The translations under genes and the position numbers were made by a program. Positions 8,454 to 17,191 of a DNA stretch of 38,177 nucleotides are shown here, in pieces. The DNA comes from an uncultured delta proteobacterium. GTDB taxonomy: Bacteria > Myxococcota_A > Polyangia > Palsa-1104. The first letter of the stretch is position 1; each line of letters opens with the position of its first letter. The notes under the pieces are model-generated. The model was not told the origin of the DNA and ran no database searches. It was given only the letters and a program-made list of their open reading frames with translations. The stretch lies in assembly GCA_963785725.1 (NCBI GenBank), contig CAWAWS010000023.1, positions 1 through 38,177 of the forward strand, read 5' to 3'.

Positions 8454-10607
8454 CTAAGGCGTCCACTGCGGCTGGCCGTTTTGCGGCGGGCCGCCGGTGA
8501 GCGCGTTCTCGCCGAGCCGCTGGCGCAGCTTCGTCTGCGCCGCGCGCGACAGGCGCGTGTTGCGCACGTCGAGCTGCTTGAGCCGCACGCGCGCCAACGC
8601 CGCGACCGTGCCGTCGCCGATGCGGGTGGCGCGCAGCTCGAGCACGCGCAGCTTCAGCGGCTGTAGCCGCGCCACGCCCGCGTCGCCGATGTTCGTGCCC
8701 GATAGCCCGAGAAACTCCAGCGACGACATGCGCGCCAACGTCGCCGTCGCGCCGTCGCCGAGGTGGCTCATGCCGATGCGCAGCGTCGTCAGCGGCAGCT
8801 CCTGCAGCGACACCAGCGCCTCGTCGTCGACGATGGTGTGGCTGAGGTCGAGCGTGCGCAGCTGCGGCAGTCGCGCCAGCACCCGGGCGCCGGCGCTCGT
8901 CACCTTCGTCGACCCGAGGTCGAGCTCGCGCAGCGCGGTCATGCCGCTGAGCGGCTCGAGGCCGGCGTCGTCGAGCGGCAGCGCGGCCACGGCCAGCGAC
9001 TGGAGCGCCGTCAGCCCCTCCAGCGGCGCCAGCGTCGTCGTGCGCAGCGCCGTGAACGCGAGGTCGAGCTCGGTCAGCTGCGGCAAGGTCGCCAAGCTCG
9101 CCAGCGCCTGATCGTCGACCAGCGTCTGCCCGAGGTGCAGCGCGCGCAGCGTCTCCTTGTGCGCCAACGCCGCGACCGTGGCCGAGCCAATCCCGTCGCG
9201 CGTCAGCGTCAGCGTCACCAGCGGCTGGGCGGCGAGCCAGGCGGCGCTGGCGTCGGTCACCGCCGTCTGCGCGAGGTCGAGCACTTGCAGCCGCACGAGC
9301 GGCGCCAGCGCGCGCAGCCCGTCGTCGCTGATGGCATCCTCGTACAAGTAGAGCCGCTCGAGCGCGACCAGCGGAGCCAGCGCCGCCAGCGCGTGGTCCC
9401 TGATTCGCGTCGCGCCCAAGCCGAGCGCCGTCAAGCCGACGAGCGACGACAGCGACGGCAAGCCGCGCTCGGTCACGCGCGTCTTGTTGAGGCCGAGCAC
9501 GCTCAGCCGCGGATGCGCGGCCAACGACGGCAGTGCTCGGTCGTCGACGGCCGTCTCGCTGACGTCGAGCGCCGTCAGCTGCGCCAACGGCGCGAGCGCG
9601 ATGACGCCGGCGCTGGTGACGAGCGTGCGGCCGAGATCGAGCACCGCCAGCTCCCGCAGCGGCGCCAACGCCGGCATGGCCGCGTCGTGAACCGCGGTGG
9701 CATAGAGGACGAGCTCGCGCAGCTTCGCCGCCAGCGCCAGCTGCCGCACGCCGACGTCACCGACGAGCGTGCGTCCGAGATGCAGCACTTCGAGCTGCGG
9801 CAGGATCGGCTGCAGGTCCTCCAAGCTGCGGTCGCCGGTGCCCGTGCCGTCGAGAAACAGCGCGCGTAAAGCGGGCAGCTGCGCCAGCTCGCCGGCTCCG
9901 AATTCGTCGACGGCGCTGTCGGACAGGTCGAGCATCTCGAGCCGGCGCAGCTGCCCGAGCGGCTCGACGCCGGCGCTCGTCACGGCCGTGCGCGCCAGCG
10001 TCAGCTCCTGTAGCGCGTGCTGTGACGCCAACAGCGCCGTCGTCGCGCCGTCGCCGACGCGGGTGCCCGACAGGCCGAGCGCCGTCAGCTTGGCGAGCGG
10101 CCCGAGCGCGCGCACGCCGTCGTCGCCGACGCGGCTGTTCTCGAGGTACAGCTCGGTCAACGACGTCAGCGGCGCGAGCGCGGCGGCGAGCGCGTCATCC
10201 GCGTCGGTGCCGTCGAGATCGAGCCGCGACAGCGACGGCAGCTGCGCCAGCTTCGCCCAGCGCGCGGCGCCGAACGCGCGTGGATGGCGTAGCACCAGCC
10301 CCGGCTCGCGCCAATCGGCCAGCTCGCGCAGCAGCAGCTCGAGCTGCGCCGGCGCCTCGTCGACCGGCTCGACCTCGAGCCGCGCCGCCGCCGGCAGCAG
10401 CGTCGTCGCGCCGGCTTCGAGGGTCGTCACCAGCGTGCGCGCGCCACCGGGCGGGCAATCGTACACGCGCAACGCCAGCGCATGCCGCTTCGGCGGCGGC
10501 GGCGGCGCGATCGTGATCGGCTGCGGCCGTTGCGCTTGCGGTGCACGTACCGTGGCTTGGCAGCCGATGACCGAGAGTCCGAGGAGCAGCCAGGAAGCGC
10601 GACGCAT
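8454..10607 (-). CDS. Leucine-rich-repeat lipoprotein (about 24-aa repeats)
   Basis: Lipobox VIGC, Pro-rich linker, more than 20 LxxLxLxxTxVxD repeats. Confidence 0.9.
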   Translation of the reverse strand: MRRASWLLLGLSVIGCQATVRAPQAQRPQPITIAPPPPPKRHALALRVYDCPPGGARTLVTTLEAGATTLLPAAARLEVEPVDEAPAQLELLLRELADWREPGLVLRHPRAFGAARWAKLAQLPSLSRLDLDGTDADDALAAALAPLTSLTELYLENSRVGDDGVRALGPLAKLTALGLSGTRVGDGATTALLASQHALQELTLARTAVTSAGVEPLGQLRRLEMLDLSDSAVDEFGAGELAQLPALRALFLDGTGTGDRSLEDLQPILPQLEVLHLGRTLVGDVGVRQLALAAKLRELVLYATAVHDAAMPALAPLRELAVLDLGRTLVTSAGVIALAPLAQLTALDVSETAVDDRALPSLAAHPRLSVLGLNKTRVTERGLPSLSSLVGLTALGLGATRIRDHALAALAPLVALERLYLYEDAISDDGLRALAPLVRLQVLDLAQTAVTDASAAWLAAQPLVTLTLTRDGIGSATVAALAHKETLRALHLGQTLVDDQALASLATLPQLTELDLAFTALRTTTLAPLEGLTALQSLAVAALPLDDAGLEPLSGMTALRELDLGSTKVTSAGARVLARLPQLRTLDLSHTIVDDEALVSLQELPLTTLRIGMSHLGDGATATLARMSSLEFLGLSGTNIGDAGVARLQPLKLRVLELRATRIGDGTVAALARVRLKQLDVRNTRLSRAAQTKLRQRLGENALTGGPPQNGQPQWTP

Positions 10608-10675
10608 TGGACGCATCCTAGCGCTCGCACGCTCCAATGTAGGTGATCGGCATCTCAGGCCGAATCCTTAGTGAC

Positions 10676-10692
10676 CGCGACAAAATGCCGCG
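10676..10692. promoter_or_regulatory. Pseudo-palindrome CGCGACAAAATGCCGCG, copy 2
   Basis: Same 15-bp core as 3463-3477. Confidence 0.45.
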
Positions 10693-10821
10693 TTTGTTCA
10701 GGAGCGAATGTCGTCTCTGAAAGAGCTGGAAGTAATTCAGGCTGCACACTGTTGTGCTCATGATGGATAAGGGATACAATCAAGTCAGTAGGTGTCTGGA
10801 CGCCGTGAAAGGGAGGCTGTC

Positions 10822-10974
10822 ATGTTGAGGCTTTTGTCGGCGGTTGCGCTCACGTTGGTTTGCTGTTGCGGGCTCGCGGCCGTGATGGGGCCTGGGCTCA
10901 ACAGCATTCAAAATGGGCTCGAATCGGGCAAGCGGATCGCGCTCGCGCAGTACGCGGAGACGCACTCGCAGTAG
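10822..10974 (+). CDS. 50-aa single-TM small protein
   Basis: AAGGGAGG SD upstream; hydrophobic N-terminus containing CCC; the stop abuts the convergent gene. Confidence 0.6.
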   Translation: MLRLLSAVALTLVCCCGLAAVMGPGLNSIQNGLESGKRIALAQYAETHSQ

Positions 10975-10977
10975 GCG

Positions 10978-12771
10978 CTAAGGCGTCGTTCGGCTGGGTG
11001 GAGCCGGCGAATCCGGCGGATTCGCCAGGCGGGCGCGTAGCGATCGCAGGAGCTCGACGTCGATGGCGCGGCCCGGAGGCGCGCCGTCGAAGGACGCGAC
11101 CAGTTGGCGCGCGCCGTCGCGGTCGCCTTGCGCCAAGAGCGCATCGGCCAAGTGCACGCGCACGCCGTCGTCGAGCGGATTGAGCGCGAGCACGCGGCGA
11201 TAGGCGACGGTGGCCGTGGCGTTGTCGTCGCGCAGCCAAGCCAAGTGGCCGAGCGCCGACCAGGCGACGTCGGAGCGCGGGAACTGCCGCACCGCCACCT
11301 GCGCCGCGCGATCGGCCTCGTCGAGGTGCCCGGCCTTCGCCAGCGCGCCCACGAGGTAATAGCGGCTCATCGGATCGTACGGCCACAGCGCGACGGCATG
11401 GCTGCACTGCCGCACCGCCGCCTCGCTCGACGTCAACGCGAAGATCTGCTCGCACAAGCCGCGATTGCCGAGCTGACTGTCGGGATAACGCTCGACGGCG
11501 TGCTGGTTCTGGCCGAGCGCATCGCTCCAGGCGCGATCGAGCCGCCAATCGGCCGCCAGCATCGCCGCGCACGCGACCAGCCACGGCGACAGCGCGAGAA
11601 ATGGCGCCGTCCGCAGCTGGCCCGCGCGTTGCCGCAGCCACGCCGTCAACCGCGCCACGCCGACGCCGACGAGCCCGTAGACGAACAGCAGCGCCAGGTA
11701 GCAGCGCACCTCGTCCATCGTCAGGAAAATGGGGAAGATGGAGCTCGTCGGGAAGAGCACGAACGCGGCCCAGGCGACGGCGAACGCGGCGAGCGGCCAG
11801 CGCTTGCGCTGCAGCCACAACGCGCCCGTGGCGGCGACGAGCAGCGCCAGCATGACGACGCGCGGCCACGGAAACGGCTGCATTGTCGGCTCGAGATCGT
11901 AGGCGATGGCGATGGCGTCCGGCTGCACCAACATGCGCGCATAACGAGCGAAGGCGATCGGCTGCGCCAACAGATGGCCGAGCGCCGTGCCTTGCGCCTC
12001 GAGGATGGTCTCGTGCGGGGCGATGCGCGCCACGAAGATGGCCGGCGCGACGAGGAACGGCAGCGCGTCGCGCCAGCGACCGGCCTGGGTCGCGACGGCG
12101 AAGAGCGCGACGAGCGCCGGCAGCGCGATGGCGTCCTCCTTCGTCAGCATGGCCAGCGCGCCGAGCGCGAGCGCCGCCGCGTAGTCGAGCCGTCGCCGCG
12201 ACGGTCGGGTGGCGTCGCGCGAGCGCGCATAGAGCAGCAGCGCCGCCAGCATGAACAGCGCGCACAGCGACGAGTTACGCTTGAGGACGAGGTTGAGCGC
12301 GATCGATTGAATCGGATGCAATAGGAACAGCGACGCGCCGAACGCGCTCGCCCAATCGCTCGTCGGGCGCGGCGTCCAACGGCGAAGCACACGCCGCAGT
12401 AGACAATAGGCGAGCCAGCCGTTGACGAGGTGGACGCCGAGATTCGTTATGCGATAGCCGAGCGGCGCGACGCCGCCGATGCGGTAGTTGAGCCAGAAGG
12501 TCAGCATCAAGACGGGGCGATAGTGATGCGGCCACACCGGGCTCGACGTCATCGTCGCGTGCGTAAACAGCGTCCACAACCCGTGCGTCGTGCGTAAGTA
12601 GGCGTTGGTCTCGATGAGCGGCACGTCGTCGTACAGGAACGCGTTGCCGAAGGAGCTGACGTAGCAGAGCACCGTGAGGCCGAGCGAAACGGCGACGAGG
12701 ATGCGGGCGCCACGCGGCTCGCTCGTCGTTGCGCCGTCGGGCGGAGGCTCGGGATCGCTCACCGCGCCCAT
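10978..12771 (-). CDS. Polytopic membrane protein with C-terminal TPRs (TMTC-like GT-C glycosyltransferase)
   Basis: FLYDD loop after TM1, YRP, LFLLHP, TKE, multiple TM helices, TPR tail. Confidence 0.8.
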   Translation of the reverse strand: MGAVSDPEPPPDGATTSEPRGARILVAVSLGLTVLCYVSSFGNAFLYDDVPLIETNAYLRTTHGLWTLFTHATMTSSPVWPHHYRPVLMLTFWLNYRIGGVAPLGYRITNLGVHLVNGWLAYCLLRRVLRRWTPRPTSDWASAFGASLFLLHPIQSIALNLVLKRNSSLCALFMLAALLLYARSRDATRPSRRRLDYAAALALGALAMLTKEDAIALPALVALFAVATQAGRWRDALPFLVAPAIFVARIAPHETILEAQGTALGHLLAQPIAFARYARMLVQPDAIAIAYDLEPTMQPFPWPRVVMLALLVAATGALWLQRKRWPLAAFAVAWAAFVLFPTSSIFPIFLTMDEVRCYLALLFVYGLVGVGVARLTAWLRQRAGQLRTAPFLALSPWLVACAAMLAADWRLDRAWSDALGQNQHAVERYPDSQLGNRGLCEQIFALTSSEAAVRQCSHAVALWPYDPMSRYYLVGALAKAGHLDEADRAAQVAVRQFPRSDVAWSALGHLAWLRDDNATATVAYRRVLALNPLDDGVRVHLADALLAQGDRDGARQLVASFDGAPPGRAIDVELLRSLRARLANPPDSPAPPSRTTP

Positions 12772-12816
12772 CGTGTCACGCGGCCGCGCCGGCGCGCAAG
12801 CGAGCCGCTACGGCGG

Positions 12817-13377
12817 CTATGGCTTCGGCGGGACGGCTTCGGCGCGATGCTCGGCCGACTCTTCGGCGGCCCGGCGCAACGTGGCGAGGCCGCTCTCGAA
12901 GTTGCGGCCGACGAGCTTGTCGACGTTGACGACGAGGCCGAACGCCTTGGACGCGAAGCTGTTGTGCCCGCTCATCGTCCACGTGACGGTGGTGCCGCCG
13001 GCCTCGGGAGCGAGCGTGAATTCGGCCGTGCTCGTGCTGGCGAACGGCTTCGTGAACGCGAGCGCGAGGGTGACGCAATCGTTCGGATGGCTGCCGGTGA
13101 TCGTCATGGTGCCCGCGCCCGCCATGCTGTTGCCGGCCCAAGCGTAGCTGGCGCCGACGCCGCGCGGCGCGCCCGAGTAGGTCCTGACGAGGTTGGGATC
13201 GAGCTTCTCGAACGGCGACCAGTGGCTCCACTCGTGGAAGTCGTCGATGAGCGGAAAGATCGTCTCCGCCGGCGCCGCGATTTGCACCTCGCGCGTGACG
13301 CGAAACTCGGACGGCCGCGTCGCGATGACGACGGTGACCACCGCGGCGAGCCCGAGCAGCGACACGAGCAGCTTCAT
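12817..13377 (-). CDS. SRPBCC / polyketide-cyclase family protein
   Basis: FRVTREVQIAAP, WSPF..DP, GVGASYAW, TTVTWTM and FESGL..L. Confidence 0.9.
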   Translation of the reverse strand: MKLLVSLLGLAAVVTVVIATRPSEFRVTREVQIAAPAETIFPLIDDFHEWSHWSPFEKLDPNLVRTYSGAPRGVGASYAWAGNSMAGAGTMTITGSHPNDCVTLALAFTKPFASTSTAEFTLAPEAGGTTVTWTMSGHNSFASKAFGLVVNVDKLVGRNFESGLATLRRAAEESAEHRAEAVPPKP

Positions 13378-13409
13378 GACCGGCTCTCTAATCGTGACGG
13401 GGCGTGGCG

Positions 13410-14072
13410 CTACGGCGCCGGTGTCGTGCTCGACTGCTGGCCGTCGTGCGTGCAGCCGCCGTCGAGGAATTCGACTCTGCCGGTCTCGAGTTGGTAGACG
13501 GCGCCGCGCACTTGCAAGCGGCCGTTCTGCGTCAGCTCGTCGAGCGCCTGACTGCCGTGGCACAGGTGGTTCATCGACGCGCGCACGTTGGCGACGACGG
13601 CCTGCTCGAGGCGCTCCACCGGATCGATCACCGACAACAAGGGCGCGATGTTGGGCGCGATGCGATCGGTGATGGCGGCGATGTGGCGCGACTCCGGCGT
13701 CTCGCCTTCGACGAGCGTGCGCAAGGTGGCGGTGACGGCGCCGCAGCGCGTGTGGCCGAGCACGACCACGAGCCGCGTGCCGAACTGCGAGACCGCGTAC
13801 TCGACCGAGCCAATCTGCGACGGGTTGACGACGTGGCCGGCGACGCGAATGACGAACAGGTCGCCGACGCCCTGATCGAACACGGTCTCGATGGGGACGC
13901 GCGAATCCGAGCAGCCCAAGATGACGGCGAACGGCTGCTGCGCGTCGGCGACGTCGGCCGGCGTGACGAGGATTTTGCGGCGCTTGCCGGCGACGAAGCG
14001 GCGATTGCCCTCGGTGAGCCGCAGGAGCGCCGTCTCCGGGTCAATCGCGCTGGGATCCCAAGTACGCGGCAT
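13410..14072 (-). CDS. Beta-class carbonic anhydrase
   Basis: GCSDSRVP and GHTRCGAV zinc ligands; LTEGNRRF. Alternative start at 14090. Confidence 0.95.
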   Translation of the reverse strand: MPRTWDPSAIDPETALLRLTEGNRRFVAGKRRKILVTPADVADAQQPFAVILGCSDSRVPIETVFDQGVGDLFVIRVAGHVVNPSQIGSVEYAVSQFGTRLVVVLGHTRCGAVTATLRTLVEGETPESRHIAAITDRIAPNIAPLLSVIDPVERLEQAVVANVRASMNHLCHGSQALDELTQNGRLQVRGAVYQLETGRVEFLDGGCTHDGQQSSTTPAP

Positions 14073-14171
14073 GGGCGTTTCATAACGCATCGCGCCCGTC
14101 GATGGATCAACGATTTGAGCGCTGTGACCTAGATCTGATTCAGTTCTAGATAGTCGATTGAATACAGGTGT

Positions 14172-14444
14172 TTACGTAGTTGTTGGGATTTCGGTGGGCG
14201 CGTGGCGTGTTGTGCAGGCGTGGCGAACGACGCGTCGGTGAAGCGCGAGGACGCGCAGATCGGGGCAGCGGACGGTGCCGTCGGGGTCGCTGGCGCAGGT
14301 GATCCTCAGGTCGCCGCTGCCGTCGGGGCGAACGAAGCGCGCGGGATGTTCCTCGTCGGTTGCGGCGCGCCGGTGTGGCCGCTCACGGTGCGCGAGCGTC
14401 GGCAGCACGCGTGTGAGCAAGAGCACGAGGCGTTGGGCCTTCAT
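14172..14444 (-). CDS. Hypothetical 90-aa protein
   Basis: ATG-started ORF filling the gap upstream of the carbonic anhydrase; no recognisable motif. Confidence 0.25.
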   Translation of the reverse strand: MKAQRLVLLLTRVLPTLAHRERPHRRAATDEEHPARFVRPDGSGDLRITCASDPDGTVRCPDLRVLALHRRVVRHACTTRHAPTEIPTTT

Positions 14445-14573
14445 GCCGGTCGGCCATGCCGTGTGACCGGTATTCCGCGCCCAAGGTGTCGAATGCGAAA
14501 GATCGAAAATCGACAGCCGACGTTGAAGGTCTGCGCTCGTCCGAGAACCAATTGGGCAAACGGAGAGGACGCG

Positions 14574-15236
14574 ATGACGACGAAGTGCGAGCGGTTCGAG
14601 GTCGAGATCGGGATGCGCCAGCACGGCGCGCTCGATCAGCGCGAGACGGCGCGGCTCGATGGCCATCTGGCGACGTGCGCGGGGTGCCGCGATTTCGCGG
14701 CGGCGGGCGGCAGCTTCGACCTGGCGCTCGAGCGACAGGTCGCGGCCGAGCTGCAGACGCTCGACTGGCGCGCGGTCGAGCAGGGCGTGACGCGCGTGCG
14801 GCGGTCCTATCGTCGCAAGCTGTGGCTGGCGCCGCTGTTCGTCTTGCAGGTGCCGCTCATTTTCTGGCTCGGCTTAGGCCAAGCGCCGCCGCGTGAGCTG
14901 CTGCTGGCGGCGCCGCTGACGCCGCTCTTGTTCGCCGGTTACGTGTGGCTCGTCAATCGGCCGTTTCGCGTGCTCATGTCGGCGGTGCTGCGCGGCGACG
15001 ATCTGGTGGCCGGCTTCATCGGCGAGCTGCGCCGGCAGCGGCTGCGGGCGCGCATCTTCGTCGGGGTGAACGCGCTCTTGGCGCTGACGTGCGTCGTGCA
15101 AGCGATCGTCGTGCCCGAGCTGCGCCTGAAGCTGTTCGATCTCGCCGGCGCGCTCTTCTTCGCGGCCTGGGCCGGCTACGACGTCGGCTGGAAGCTGCCG
15201 CGCCTTCAGCGCGCGCTGGCGGAGACCGCGCCGTGA
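14574..15236 (+). CDS. Zinc-binding membrane anti-sigma factor (zf-HC2, about 4 TM)
   Basis: GGAGAGG SD; HLATCAGC (HxxxCxxC); hydrophobic helices; coupled to the ECF sigma gene. Confidence 0.85.
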   Translation: MTTKCERFEVEIGMRQHGALDQRETARLDGHLATCAGCRDFAAAGGSFDLALERQVAAELQTLDWRAVEQGVTRVRRSYRRKLWLAPLFVLQVPLIFWLGLGQAPPRELLLAAPLTPLLFAGYVWLVNRPFRVLMSAVLRGDDLVAGFIGELRRQRLRARIFVGVNALLALTCVVQAIVVPELRLKLFDLAGALFFAAWAGYDVGWKLPRLQRALAETAP

Positions 15237-15769
15237 CCGTGGCGCAGCAGATCGACGAGTTGCGGCTGGTGCAGGTCATTCGCGAGCGCGCGGCCGGCCA
15301 TGACGTCGCCTTTGCCGAGCTGTTCGCGGCCTATCGGCAGCGCGTGTTCACGATTTGTCGCCACTTGACGCGCAGCCGCGCCGACGCCGAGGACGTGACG
15401 CAAGAGGTGTTCGTGGCGCTGTTGCGCGCGCTGCCGAGCTTTCGCGGCGAGTCGTCGCTGGCGACGTTCATCCATCGCATCGCGGTGCGGCTGGCCATCA
15501 AGCAGCGCCTGCGCACGATCCGTCACGACCAGCTGCGCGTCACGCACGCCGCGCCGACGACCGATGCCCACGAAGCGCGCGCGACGAATCAGCGGCTATG
15601 GCTGGCGATGGAGCAGCTCTCGATCGAGCAGCGCACGGTGCTGGCGCTCTTCGCCGTCGACGGGCTCAGCCACCGCGAGATCGCCGCCGTGCTCGGCATT
15701 CCCGAAGGCACGGTCTGGTCACGGCTGCACGGCGCGCGCAAGCGTCTGGCGTCGCTGATGTCGGCCTGA
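15233..15769 (+). CDS. ECF RNA polymerase sigma factor
   Basis: DAEDVTQEVF, SFRGESS and SHREIAAVLGIPEGTVWSRL; GTGA overlap with the anti-sigma gene. Confidence 0.93.
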   Translation: MTVAQQIDELRLVQVIRERAAGHDVAFAELFAAYRQRVFTICRHLTRSRADAEDVTQEVFVALLRALPSFRGESSLATFIHRIAVRLAIKQRLRTIRHDQLRVTHAAPTTDAHEARATNQRLWLAMEQLSIEQRTVLALFAVDGLSHREIAAVLGIPEGTVWSRLHGARKRLASLMSA

Positions 15770-16672
15770 GCTGCGCGCGCCCGCGCCTTCGACGATCGCC
15801 GCTCGCCGCACCCACACGTGCTCGCCCATCCCCCGCACTTCCACCCATTCGCCGTCGCCATTGGCGATCCACTCGCGCCGCTCCCGCGCCGTCGTCGCCC
15901 AAGCGGCCCGTCCCGGCCACGCATAGACCGTCGCGCCACCGATCACGCGTGCCGGATGGCTTCCCGCCGGCGCCACCGCGGAGGTTGTCCGCGTACTCCG
16001 CACGAGCTCACTGGCGCTGGCGTCCGAGCGCTCGACCTTCCGCTCGGCGACTTCGCTTGCCGGCACCCATCCCGCGACCACGTTGCCGCCAAATTCGCCG
16101 TCGATAAATGCGAAGCGCCCCTGTCGCCGCCGGATCTCGACCGCCGCATGCTCGCGATCAGTCACGGTCAAGGCGATCGGGCTCGGGTCAGCCGGCGTCA
16201 TTCCCACGTGCAGCACCCGCGTCTTGACCCGCCCGTTGGTTCGCAAAGACGGCGACGACACTTGCGCCGCCTCCAGCTCGAGCGCCGCACAATCGACCTC
16301 GGTCCGTAACGTGAACACGTCGTCCACGCTCACGTCCACGAGCGCGCGCCGCCCACGCGCCTCGACGAGCTTGACCCCCGCGCGCCACAACCGCACCGGC
16401 CCCACGTGCACGGCCTCCGCGATCCGCATCCCCGGCAAGGGCATCGCCAACACCCCGCGAAACCGCAACGGCTCCGTCGCATTGACCACGAACGGCTCCG
16501 CATCCACCCGCACCCGATACGCGTCCGCCCGAAAGAACACGAACGCTTCGCCCTCGGCCTTCACCTTCACCGGCAACGCGCGCGTCCCTTTGACGACGCA
16601 CCCGACCTCCGCCGCCCCGGCGTCGCCCCCGAGCGCGCCCAACACCAGCGCCACCACGACCACCCCGCGCAT
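15719..16672 (-). CDS. Secreted hypothetical protein with SH3b-like segments
   Basis: Signal-like N-terminus; beta-rich sequence; GWVPASEV and GEWVEV..WVRRAAI; 3' end overlaps the sigma gene by 51 nt. Confidence 0.7.
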   Translation of the reverse strand: MRGVVVVALVLGALGGDAGAAEVGCVVKGTRALPVKVKAEGEAFVFFRADAYRVRVDAEPFVVNATEPLRFRGVLAMPLPGMRIAEAVHVGPVRLWRAGVKLVEARGRRALVDVSVDDVFTLRTEVDCAALELEAAQVSSPSLRTNGRVKTRVLHVGMTPADPSPIALTVTDREHAAVEIRRRQGRFAFIDGEFGGNVVAGWVPASEVAERKVERSDASASELVRSTRTTSAVAPAGSHPARVIGGATVYAWPGRAAWATTARERREWIANGDGEWVEVRGMGEHVWVRRAAIVEGAGARSSGRHQRRQTLARAVQP

Positions 16673-16726
16673 CCGCCCACCTTACGCCCAAAACCACAAC
16701 CAGCAAGCCCATCACACCCAACCCCA

Positions 16727-16852
16727 CAGCGCGCCCAACCGCCCCTCACCCCAGCGCGCCAACCGCCCAGCCCCCCAACGCGCCAACCTGAGCGCACAGC
16801 GCGCCAACCCTGAGCGCCTCAGCGCGCCAACCCTGAGCTCCACAGCGCGCCC
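16727..16852. repeat. Six degenerate tandem copies of CAGCGCGCCAACC (period 21-25 nt)
   Basis: Copies start at 16727, 16752, 16776, 16797, 16820 and 16843. Confidence 0.8.
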
Positions 16853-16961
16853 CGGATCCGATCGGGCGCCCATCCGACCCGCCGCGCGTCCGTCACCCTC
16901 CCTCCCCAAACTTGAGCCCGTTTCGCGCCTCTATCGCGCCCAATCCGGAACCCAAAGCGCA

Positions 16962-17060
16962 GACATCATGGGCGCTGGCGAGTTCCACAGGCGCTGTTTC
17001 TCGGCGCGTCAGCGACGTGAAACTGCGCCGAGGACTGTCTGAGCCAGCGCCCATGATGTC
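16962..17060. other. 99-nt rod-like inverted-repeat element (structured RNA or MITE/REP-like)
   Basis: GACATCATGGGCGCTGGC (16962-16979) is the exact reverse complement of 17043-17060; inner stem 16998-17007 with 17025-17034. Confidence 0.65.
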
Positions 17061-17191
17061 GGAGCTCCCACCGTTCCCCCACCGTAAACTCTCTGCCCAT
17101 GTCGTGACCTCCCAACCGTGGCCACCACGCGCTTATCGTGCCATTCGCGAAACGTGCTGAAGTTTCCTTTCCCCCGGTCGATGTAGACCTC

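Noticed and set aside
10822..10974. Flp pilin
   Set aside because: It lacks the G/xxxxEY prepilin motif and has no tad genes nearby.
16656..16672. The genes beside both repeat elements start almost identically (ATGCGCGGGGTG(G/A)TCGT at 16672 and 27378)
   Set aside because: The match covers only 17 nt of G-rich signal-peptide sequence and does not extend upstream or downstream, so it is probably coincidence.
16727..16852. Possible CRISPR array (also 26934-27304)
   Set aside because: The repeats are short and degenerate, spacers are about 10 nt or absent and not unique, and there are no cas genes.
16962..17060. Retron msr-msd, SRP RNA or a known riboswitch
   Set aside because: There is no reverse transcriptase in the window, and I recognised no SRP or riboswitch consensus. 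Kept only as an unexplained hairpin.
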